A stretch of 64,000 nt of DNA from Gemmatimonadales bacterium (GTDB lineage Bacteria > Gemmatimonadota > Gemmatimonadetes > Gemmatimonadales > GWC2-71-9). Position numbers and translations under genes: made by a program. Shown here one piece after another: positions 24,604 through 32,488 of this stretch; position 1 is the first letter of the stretch; every line of letters begins with the position of its first letter. The notes beneath the pieces are model-generated. The model had not been told where the DNA came from. It was given only the letters and a program-made list of their open reading frames with translations, and searched no databases. The DNA is taken from contig JBKJMX010000060.1 of assembly GCA_046596135.1 (NCBI GenBank), positions 2,061-66,060 on the forward strand, given 5' to 3'.

Positions 24604-25239
24604 TCAATTCTCCTCTCGGTGCTGCAGTGCATAGGACAGGGTTTCGAGCTCAACGGCAAGGTTCACGTTCTTGACCTCCACCGCCGCCGGAACCTGAAGT
24701 TGGACCGGCGCGAAGTTGAGGATTGCGGTGATTCCGCTGGCAACCAGGCGCTCGGCGAGCTGCTGCGCCGGCTCGGCGGGGGTCACGAGGATGGCGATCT
24801 CCACCCGCTCCGCCACTACAATATCCTCGAGCCGGCCGACATCGTCGATCGCAAGGGTACCCCAGCAGGTACCGATTTTCGCGGGATCGCGGTCGACGAC
24901 CGCCACCACGTCAAAGCCCCGGGCGGCGAAACCCGCGTATTGGGCGAGTGCACCGGCAAGGCGGCCAGCACCGACGAGGAGGACCCGGTAGCGGCGGGTC
25001 AGCCCGAGGATCTGCCTGAGGCGACCACCCAGGGCCGGCACGTCGTAGCCGAGGCCGCGCTTCCCGAACGACCCGAAGAACGAGAGATCCTTGCGTACCT
25101 GTGCCGAGGTCGTACCAGCGCGCTGCGCGAGGGCCTCCGACGAAACGGTGTCGGCGCCCTGTTCGGCAAACTCTTCGAGAAAGCGGAGGTAGATCGCGAG
25201 GCGGCGAACCGTCGAGTCGGCAACCTTGCGGGGGCGCAT
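24604..25239 (-). CDS. rex: redox-sensing transcriptional repressor Rex
   Basis: MRPRKVADSTVRRLAIYLRFLEE...SSEALAQRAGTTSAQVRKDLSFFGSFGKRGLGYDV forms the winged helix. A Rossmann-like domain follows (RVLLVGAGRLAGAL). Confidence 0.93.
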   Translation of the reverse strand: MRPRKVADSTVRRLAIYLRFLEEFAEQGADTVSSEALAQRAGTTSAQVRKDLSFFGSFGKRGLGYDVPALGGRLRQILGLTRRYRVLLVGAGRLAGALAQYAGFAARGFDVVAVVDRDPAKIGTCWGTLAIDDVGRLEDIVVAERVEIAILVTPAEPAQQLAERLVASGITAILNFAPVQLQVPAAVEVKNVNLAVELETLSYALQHREEN

Positions 25240-25257
25240 TTGTGAAATGTTTCACGA
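25240..25257. promoter_or_regulatory. Rex operator (ROP-like box) TTGTGAA-ATGT-TTCACGA
   Basis: 17 of 18 positions match the palindromic Rex consensus TTGTGAAnnnnTTCACAA. The box starts at the base immediately upstream of the rex ATG (25239). Confidence 0.7.
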
Positions 25258-25297
25258 GCTGCACCCCAAGGCAACCGAACACGGGCTCCGGCGGGTG

Positions 25298-25864
25298 TCA
25301 GGCGAGCTTGTAGGCCTTCCAGAGCCACTCGACCAGTTCCTTGTTGACGTCGGATAGGGCCTCGAGCCCGACCAGATGCGTGAGCCCTCCCCGGGCTGGC
25401 GTCAGCAGGACCAGTCGCTCGGTTGCCTCAACGTCAGGGAGACCCATCGCCACGTCGAGCCGGGTGGCCGATCCCGGCTGGATCGTCGCGAACGGGCGCG
25501 AACGCTCCACCGACACGTACCCCTCGGCTGGGACGAGTTCCACGTCCGTGGCGAACCCAGCCAGCGTATGGCTGAGGAAGTCGTAGATCGGCTTCAGGCC
25601 AGCGGTCTCGCCACGGTACTGTGCGGCCACAAGGTCGAGACCCACCACGCCGCCGTCGCTGATTGTGTCGAAGGCGCGGTCTGCGACCACCACCGCGTGC
25701 GCCTCGGGCAGTCCGTGGCTCGACTTCAGGGTCGCGACGATCCTGGAGGGCGCTCGCTCGCCCATGCTGTGCACCAACTTGACCCACTGATCGATGCTCC
25801 GACCGGTCTTGGTCTCAAGGTTACGGATGATCGTTTCGATCGCTTCTTCGGATGGATCGGCCAT
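25298..25864 (-). CDS. DUF4287/DUF5655-like protein
   Basis: The N-terminal IETIIRNLETKTGRSIDQWVKLV...HGLPEAHAVVVADRAF resembles DUF4287. The C-terminal part (LKPIYDFL...VELVPAEGYVSVERSRPFATI) resembles DUF5655. Recognised from memory only. Confidence 0.7.
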   Translation of the reverse strand: MADPSEEAIETIIRNLETKTGRSIDQWVKLVHSMGERAPSRIVATLKSSHGLPEAHAVVVADRAFDTISDGGVVGLDLVAAQYRGETAGLKPIYDFLSHTLAGFATDVELVPAEGYVSVERSRPFATIQPGSATRLDVAMGLPDVEATERLVLLTPARGGLTHLVGLEALSDVNKELVEWLWKAYKLA

Positions 25865-26124
25865 TGAATGGGCTCGGGGTTCAGGGCGCGTGGGCGGGCG
25901 TGGCGAACTGTCCGGTGTGACGCCCGTTGTCCCGGCATCCCCACACCCGCCAAGCCCCCCCCGGCGGGCACGAATCGGGCGGCGCTAGATTGATCCTGCT
26001 CGGTCCGTCTCGCCGGCGTGTCCATTCGGAGGCGGCAATACCGTCTCCAGCGGGTGTACGGCGCACACAACACGAATGCGTCACGAACGCGTATCCTCCC
26101 GTCAACGTTTACGAGGCAACCGGC

Positions 26125-27195
26125 ATGGGCCTGTTCCACAAGCTGATCGACATGCTGACGCTGGGCTCGGATAGGCCCGTGCGTCGGTTGATCGCGTACT
26201 ATGTACTCCTCGGCCTGGTCGTCTATGCAGTGAACGAGGTGTGGACCGACTTCGACGCTCGGCTCACCGGCTCCGAAATCGTGCGGGTCGATACCCCCGA
26301 GCTTCTGCAGGATGGCCTCACGGAGGCGCCAACCGTGTCGGCGCCCATCAAAAAGCCGCCGCCGCTCACGCTGATGGCTTCGGTCACGATGATGCTGATC
26401 GGCACGGTGCTCCTGATGCTGCCGGTCTCGTGGGTGTACATGTCAACCCGGAACAGTCGCAGCCACAACCAGGGGGTGGTCCAGACATTGATCATCCTGC
26501 CGATCGTCGTCGCCGGCATCGTGATCATCGTCCAGGACAGCCTCGCGCTGGCCTTCTCCCTGGCTGGCGTGGTGGCAGCTGTCCGATTTCGAACGACGCT
26601 CAAGGACGCCCGCGACACGGTGTACATCTTCCTCGCGATCGCCGTCGGCTTCGCTGCCGGCGTCCAGGCGCTACCGATCGGCGCGCTGCTGTCGGTGTTC
26701 TTCAACGTCGTGGTGATTCTCACTTGGCGCTACGACTTCGGGCACAACGTGCTTGAGTCGCAGGCTTCGACCAAATGGGTGGAACCGCTGAGCAGCTTAG
26801 CCAACCAGGACGCGGCATCGGAGGTGCCCGACCGCGACCTCCTGCTGGCGCTCACCCCTGAATCTGCTGACATCCTGGCCGCCAGATTCGACAGGGTGCG
26901 CGACCTCATGGGCAAGAAGAAGGCAGGATATAACGCCGTGCTACGGCTCACCTCCGACTCTGCCACCAATGCGCAGAAGATGACCGAATCGCTGCTTGAG
27001 GAAATCGTCAAGCGGTGGCAGCTCGACCAGGTCGTGCAGACGGAAGGGAAGCCGTCCGAGTTGATCTACCTGGTGAAGATCAGGAAGTCGATGTCGCAGG
27101 ACGAATTCGTGACTGCCGTTCGCGGTCGAGTCGGCGGTATCGCCAGCGTGCGCCTTGAGGCGGGCGAGAGTCTGGCCGAGAAGGAGAGCGATTGA
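26125..27195 (+). CDS. DUF4956-family membrane protein with a long C-terminal soluble extension
   Basis: Track ORF trimmed to the ATG at 26125 (MGLFHKLIDML...). It has 4-5 TM helices and the signature AGVVAAVRFRTTLKDARDTVYIFLAIAVGFAAG. About 150 aa of extra, non-membrane C-terminal sequence follow. Confidence 0.8.
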   Translation: MGLFHKLIDMLTLGSDRPVRRLIAYYVLLGLVVYAVNEVWTDFDARLTGSEIVRVDTPELLQDGLTEAPTVSAPIKKPPPLTLMASVTMMLIGTVLLMLPVSWVYMSTRNSRSHNQGVVQTLIILPIVVAGIVIIVQDSLALAFSLAGVVAAVRFRTTLKDARDTVYIFLAIAVGFAAGVQALPIGALLSVFFNVVVILTWRYDFGHNVLESQASTKWVEPLSSLANQDAASEVPDRDLLLALTPESADILAARFDRVRDLMGKKKAGYNAVLRLTSDSATNAQKMTESLLEEIVKRWQLDQVVQTEGKPSELIYLVKIRKSMSQDEFVTAVRGRVGGIASVRLEAGESLAEKESD

Positions 27196-28148
27196 TGCGC
27201 GCACTGCTGTACGCCACGATCGCGGTGCTCTCAGCAGGTTGCGGGTTGGGGAAGGCCGAGCGGGCCGCGGCAGATTCCGCTGCTGCGGCCGCCCGCGTTG
27301 CGCGGCTGACCAACCAGATCGACGACCCGCGCGGTCGGACCGACGTGCCCCTCGCGAAGTGGATGATGCCCCTTGATCTTCAGGAAATATCGGGGATGGT
27401 GCTCACCCCCGATGGGAACCACGTGCTGGCCCATGGCGACGAAAACGGGCACCTTGTGGAGCTCGATTGGCGGTCCGGGATGGTAACGCGCCGGTTCGAC
27501 TTGGGCGAGCAGGCCGTCAAGGGGGATTTCGAGGGCATCACCCGGGTGGGTCCGGACTACTACATGCTCTCCAGCAAAGGCGAGATCTACCAGTTTCGTG
27601 AAGTGGCGGATGGGGAGCGCGCCAACTATCTCGTGATCGACACCAAGCTCGGCAAGCAATGCGAGTTCGAGGGGATCGCCCACGACCCGCTCACCAATGC
27701 GCTCCTGATGGCCTGCAAGACGCCGGAAAAGTCGATGCGGGACTCGCTGGTGATCTATCGGTGGCCGCTTGGCGACAACCCGCCACCCGTTTCCCGAATC
27801 ACGATCCCGCTCGACCTCGTGATCGGCAGCAACGACTGGAACGACATCCGCCCCTCCGACATCACGGTCGACCCGTTCACCGGCAATTTCGTGATCATCA
27901 CGGCGCAGGAGCGGGCCCTGATCGTGATCTCGCGCGACGGCGAGGTCCTGTCGGCAGGTCCGGTTCCCACCGACATCCCCCACACGGAGGGGATTGCGAT
28001 CACTCGCGAGGGGCTGTTGCTGATCAGTGCGGAAAAGGGCGATGCGCCTGCGAGCATCACGATCTTCCGCTGGCCGCACCCCGGCCGGCAGGCCGCGGCC
28101 CCACTGGTCGGCGTGCAGTCCGACACGATAAATCCGTCACAACCCTAG
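27195..28148 (+). CDS. lipoprotein, SdiA-regulated/YjiK-like beta-propeller
   Basis: The ATG at 27195 overlaps the upstream TGA (TGATG), with AAGGAGAG 6 nt upstream. The lipobox is MRALLYATIAVLSAGC. Repeated blade-like segments are present (EISGMVLTPDGNHVLAHGDENG, FEGIAHDP, PSDITVDPFTGNFVIITAQERALIVISRDGEVL, TEGIAITREGLLLISAE). Confidence 0.65.
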   Translation: MRALLYATIAVLSAGCGLGKAERAAADSAAAAARVARLTNQIDDPRGRTDVPLAKWMMPLDLQEISGMVLTPDGNHVLAHGDENGHLVELDWRSGMVTRRFDLGEQAVKGDFEGITRVGPDYYMLSSKGEIYQFREVADGERANYLVIDTKLGKQCEFEGIAHDPLTNALLMACKTPEKSMRDSLVIYRWPLGDNPPPVSRITIPLDLVIGSNDWNDIRPSDITVDPFTGNFVIITAQERALIVISRDGEVLSAGPVPTDIPHTEGIAITREGLLLISAEKGDAPASITIFRWPHPGRQAAAPLVGVQSDTINPSQP

Positions 28149-28187
28149 ACCACTTTGACTGGCATGACTCATTCATCCGGGAAGACG

Positions 28188-29183
28188 ATGCGACGAATTT
28201 CTGCCCTTGCCTTGGCCCTCGGTGTCCTCACCGCCGCATGTGCCCCTCGACCGAAGATCACCCCGGTACCGGCAGATGCTCCGGCCGAACTTGTCGCCCT
28301 CTCGGGCGCGGCCGTCATGCTCGGCGCCGGGGACATCGCCTCGTGCGGTTCCACCGGCGATGAGCGGACCGCGCACGTCGTCGACAGTATCATCAAGGCC
28401 GACAGCGTGGCCGGCGTCGAGAACTTCGTCTTCACACTCGGTGACAACGCCTATCCTGACGGCTCGGCACGGGACTTCGAGCGCTGCTTCACGCCGTCGT
28501 GGGGGGACCCGAAGAAAAGTATCATGAAGATCATTCACCCCTCGCCAGGCAATCATGAGCACTATACCAACGGTGCCGCGCCGTACTACGAGTACTTCGG
28601 AGCCGGCGCCGCCGGCTCCGCCAAGCGCGGGTACTATTCGTACGATGTCGGCGCGTGGAAGGTGATCGTGATCAACAGCGAGATCGTGGTCAACTCGGTG
28701 TTCCCGCGGTCCGATGAGACGGACCAGCTTGCGTGGATCAAGAACGAGATGAAGACCAGCACGAAGCCATGCACGATGGCCTATTTCCACCATCCGCGAT
28801 TCAGCTCGGGCTGGCACGGGAGCGACGCCCGGATGGCGCCGACCTGGCAGGCGATGATGGATGGGGGTGTCGATCTCGTGATGTCAGGACACGACCACCA
28901 CTATGAACGGCTCGCCCCGATGAACGCTGAGGGAGTGCGCGACACCTTGAAGGGCATCCCGTCGTTTGTGATCGGCACCGGTGGCGGTGAGTTGCGTGGG
29001 CTCCAAGGAACGCTCGCTCCCAACTCCGAGTACCGCCTGCAGGGTTACTTCGGGATCCTCAAACTCACCCTGGGCGACAAGGGCTACACGTCGGCGTTCA
29101 TCGACACCAATGGTCGGGCATGGGATCCCGTCGCGGGAAGTTGCATCCAGAACAAGGCGCCAACGCCAACGGCCGCGCCCTGA
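28188..29183 (+). CDS. metallophosphoesterase lipoprotein (calcineurin-like)
   Basis: Lipobox MRRISALALALGVLTAAC from the ATG at 28188; the track ORF starts at a TTG at 28155. Motifs: GAGDIASCG, LGDNAYPDG, GNHE, YFHHPRFSSG, SGHDHHYER. Confidence 0.85.
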   Translation: MRRISALALALGVLTAACAPRPKITPVPADAPAELVALSGAAVMLGAGDIASCGSTGDERTAHVVDSIIKADSVAGVENFVFTLGDNAYPDGSARDFERCFTPSWGDPKKSIMKIIHPSPGNHEHYTNGAAPYYEYFGAGAAGSAKRGYYSYDVGAWKVIVINSEIVVNSVFPRSDETDQLAWIKNEMKTSTKPCTMAYFHHPRFSSGWHGSDARMAPTWQAMMDGGVDLVMSGHDHHYERLAPMNAEGVRDTLKGIPSFVIGTGGGELRGLQGTLAPNSEYRLQGYFGILKLTLGDKGYTSAFIDTNGRAWDPVAGSCIQNKAPTPTAAP

Positions 29184-29199
29184 CCGCGGCGCAGCAAGT

Positions 29200-32100
29200 T
29201 TAGCGAAGCGCGACCTCCTCCTCGGGATGGTCGCGCTTCTCGTTCACGTCGATGATCGTGACGGTGAGCGGGAGGTTGCGGTTTCCGACCACCTTGTCGC
29301 GCGCCGGATCGAGGTAGATCACGACGTTCCTCGTGTCCGCCGCGTCGATGTCGCGCTGGAACCGGATCGTTCCCTTCTCTCCTCCCTCACGCAACGTGAC
29401 CCGCACCCGGCGCATCCCGGAGCGCTCAAAAGTCACGACACTCTTCACGTCGTCGTGGGTCCTCACCTCGATGGTGCGCATCACGTACGCGTAATAGTCT
29501 TCGCTGTAGCGCACGAGATCATTGCGCCGGGCGCGGAGTCCGTTGGTGAGCCGGTCGCCCTGCTGGACCACGAAGGGGGGGGGCAGCGTCGCCACCGCGG
29601 CGGTGATGAGCGAATCAGTGAAGAGGCCCTGGAGCCGCCGGGCCTCGCTGACGAATGCGCCGCGGTCGAGCCCCGACAGCACGAGTCGGTCGAGTGGAGC
29701 GGCCGTCTCGGCGAGCCGGTGGATCGGCGGGAAGCTGGAGGAGAACCCACCGTATCGCGGCAGCAATGCGCGGGACATGACGCCCACCAGGCCGTCAATC
29801 TTGGCGAAGGCCCAGTCGCGGTCCTCGGGAATCGCATCCCATTCAGTCACACCATTGGTCACCTGCAAGCCCCAGCGCCATTGGCCCAAGTGTCGGTCCC
29901 AATCCCCCACCAGCATGTCGATGAGGCGGGTCCGGAGGTAGCGTGATGCATCGACCGTCGCCGTCGGGTCGGCCCGCAGCTTGTCGGCGAGCGATTCGCC
30001 GTCAATAATCCTGGCGTATCCCCCGAAACCGGGGCGGGCACCGTCCCGCTCGTTCGCGTTGAGCGCCAGGATGCCCACGCGACCAGCGAACATCGCACGG
30101 TACCGCCCGAGCCGCATGTCGTTGGGCATCACGACCGCAACCGGTTTCGGGGCGCTGATTCCCGCAGCCTCGAGCAGCTCTCCCACCACCACGGCGCCGA
30201 ACGGGAACTGTGCAGCCATCTGGTCGTCGAGCACCGTGAACGCCAGACTGTTCCGCAGCGGCACCGGGAGCACCTTGCTTGGATTCTTGACGATCGGACG
30301 GAATTCGTACTCCATGCCGTCGCGACCGGCGAAGCGCAGTCCGACAGTCTGCTTGCCACCGATGATCTTCATGGGGTACAACCCATGTCCCACCGAATCG
30401 AAATCAAGAACCGGCAGCCTAACCGGCGTGCTCCAGAGTTCGCGATTGAGGTCGCCGGCGAGGAGCCGACGCACTGCACCTGCGCGGTAGCTCTTTCCCG
30501 ACGCCGTCGTGACGGAGTCGTGGCCGTGGAGCAAGACGCGGGTCGAGACGGCAACTGGCGCGGGTCGAAGCGCCTCAACGTCCTTCTCGGCGGCGATGGT
30601 CCCGCCCACCGGGCCCTCGGCGGTCCACCACGGTGTCCCGCCGGCCAGCGAATCGGGAAGCAACAAGCTGTCAGGCACCACGGGAGTCAGCTCGCGCGGC
30701 TGCTTTGACGGACCGAGCAACGACGCCGAGTACACGATCTCGAATGCGTTGACGCCCTCGGTGCGGCACTTCTGGATTTCATCGGCGGTCCCAATGCACT
30801 TGAGGTGCTGACGATCGCCACCCACCACGAAGAGGTCGACCCCGTCGTCCTTCCGGAACACCAGCATCATGTAGCCCGGCTGTTCCCCGCCCCACACCAA
30901 CCCGGGCCCCATCGCGATTGCCGACACCTTGCTGCCCGCGCCACTCACGAGATTGAAACGCGGGTCGAAGTCCGCAGCGCCGGTGAGCACCTGCAGCGAG
31001 TGATCGTGGCCGCCGGCGTACACGAGTGGCGGTCTTTTGCTCGCCTCGAAGGTCAGCCGGAGCTTGCCGAGCAGTTCTTCGTAGGCCGGCGAGTTGAGGT
31101 CCTGCACCAGCGCGCCGGTGCGCTTGAGGATGTAGTCGAGCCCCCCGGTGTAGTACCCCGGCACGACCGCCCCGTGCGGACCTGCAGAGAAGTATGGGTG
31201 ATGCGCGACGATGACGACCTCGCGATCTCCCGCGCCATCGATCGCGTTGCGGAGCCGACCAAAGAACTGGTCATGCATCGCCTGCGACCGCTCCTGGAGG
31301 AACCAGTGGGTGTCGATGAAGATCACCCGGACGTTCCGTCGCAGGTCCCGCACGATCGGACCCGGGTCGCCCGCGTGAGGAATCAGCGCCACCAGCGGAC
31401 CGGTCTCACGCGCCGCGATCAACTGTTCCTGCTGGTTCTTGACGCGGTGGATGCCGACGTCGCCCACGGCATTGGCCCAATCGTGATTCCCCGCGAGAAA
31501 GAGCCCGACCGTATGGTGCTTGATGGCCTCGGGGCCGCCCACCAGGTCGACCTGGCTCCGCAGCCGGGTGGAATCGACCACGAACGCGGGGTCGTCGCGG
31601 TTGCGAACCCCCACCGGGTAGACATTGTCACCGAGAAAGAGCACCGCGACAGAGGAATCACGACGCAAACCCGCCGACCAGCGCTCGACATCGGCTCCGA
31701 GTGCGTCGAGCAACGGCGACGTGCCAGCCTCCGCGGCACCCGCGTCGCCAATGAGGAAAACGGCTGCGTCGACGTCGGCCGGATCCGGCAACGGGACGCC
31801 GCCAACCTCGCCGAAATCAAGCGGTGCCACGTGGAGCAGGTTGGTCGCCCCGAATACCGCAAATCCCGCCAACGCGACCAGCACGATCAGCCCGGCAGCC
31901 GCAGCAACCACGGGATTCTTCGGGACGTGACGAATCCGGAGCGCGGCGAGGCTGCCGATCACGAGGCCGATCGCGGCGCCGATTACGCCCCCCGCCCACG
32001 GGCCCGCGCCGTCGGCGAGCATCGCGCTCCCCGCTCCGGCGCCGATCACGGCGCCAAGCACCATGCCGCCGAACCCGGAGATGGTGGCCCATGCCATCGT

Positions 32101-32400
32101 CCCGGGACGCCGGCGCGCCAACTGAAAAGCTGCCACGGCGAACAACGGTACCGGGATCACTTCCCACCGAAACGCCACCAGATCCTCGAGGGCGAAGATG
32201 AACTGGCCGACCTGTGCCTCGGCGACAACGATCGCCAGCGTCACCACAAATCCGATGATGGCGCCGCCGAAGGTCGCCAGCGCGATCACCAACCCACGGA
32301 ACACCCGGAACTTGAGGCTTCGCCGTTGCCTGGGGGTCGGATGATCGAGGTCGAGCGGTGCGGCATCGGAGGCGGCGGGCGTGTCAGGCGACTCGGCCAT
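29200..32400 (-). CDS. large (1066 aa) multi-pass membrane protein with a metallophosphoesterase domain and a C-terminal region of about 450 aa of unknown function
   Basis: The N-terminal 200 aa or so contain Gly-rich TM helices. MPE motifs follow: FLIGDAG, FLGDNVYPVG, LAGNHDW, VAHHPYFSAGPHG, YAGGHDHSLQV. I did not recognise the C-terminal half. Confidence 0.85.
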   Translation of the reverse strand: MAESPDTPAASDAAPLDLDHPTPRQRRSLKFRVFRGLVIALATFGGAIIGFVVTLAIVVAEAQVGQFIFALEDLVAFRWEVIPVPLFAVAAFQLARRRPGTMAWATISGFGGMVLGAVIGAGAGSAMLADGAGPWAGGVIGAAIGLVIGSLAALRIRHVPKNPVVAAAAGLIVLVALAGFAVFGATNLLHVAPLDFGEVGGVPLPDPADVDAAVFLIGDAGAAEAGTSPLLDALGADVERWSAGLRRDSSVAVLFLGDNVYPVGVRNRDDPAFVVDSTRLRSQVDLVGGPEAIKHHTVGLFLAGNHDWANAVGDVGIHRVKNQQEQLIAARETGPLVALIPHAGDPGPIVRDLRRNVRVIFIDTHWFLQERSQAMHDQFFGRLRNAIDGAGDREVVIVAHHPYFSAGPHGAVVPGYYTGGLDYILKRTGALVQDLNSPAYEELLGKLRLTFEASKRPPLVYAGGHDHSLQVLTGAADFDPRFNLVSGAGSKVSAIAMGPGLVWGGEQPGYMMLVFRKDDGVDLFVVGGDRQHLKCIGTADEIQKCRTEGVNAFEIVYSASLLGPSKQPRELTPVVPDSLLLPDSLAGGTPWWTAEGPVGGTIAAEKDVEALRPAPVAVSTRVLLHGHDSVTTASGKSYRAGAVRRLLAGDLNRELWSTPVRLPVLDFDSVGHGLYPMKIIGGKQTVGLRFAGRDGMEYEFRPIVKNPSKVLPVPLRNSLAFTVLDDQMAAQFPFGAVVVGELLEAAGISAPKPVAVVMPNDMRLGRYRAMFAGRVGILALNANERDGARPGFGGYARIIDGESLADKLRADPTATVDASRYLRTRLIDMLVGDWDRHLGQWRWGLQVTNGVTEWDAIPEDRDWAFAKIDGLVGVMSRALLPRYGGFSSSFPPIHRLAETAAPLDRLVLSGLDRGAFVSEARRLQGLFTDSLITAAVATLPPPFVVQQGDRLTNGLRARRNDLVRYSEDYYAYVMRTIEVRTHDDVKSVVTFERSGMRRVRVTLREGGEKGTIRFQRDIDAADTRNVVIYLDPARDKVVGNRNLPLTVTIIDVNEKRDHPEEEVALR

Positions 32401-32488
32401 GAGGGCGGATCCACGGGGCTGGAGGAGGTCGATCGTTTGCTGCTGGAGACGTGCAAGCCGCGGCCAGTGGGACAGCCCGGCTCGGCGC

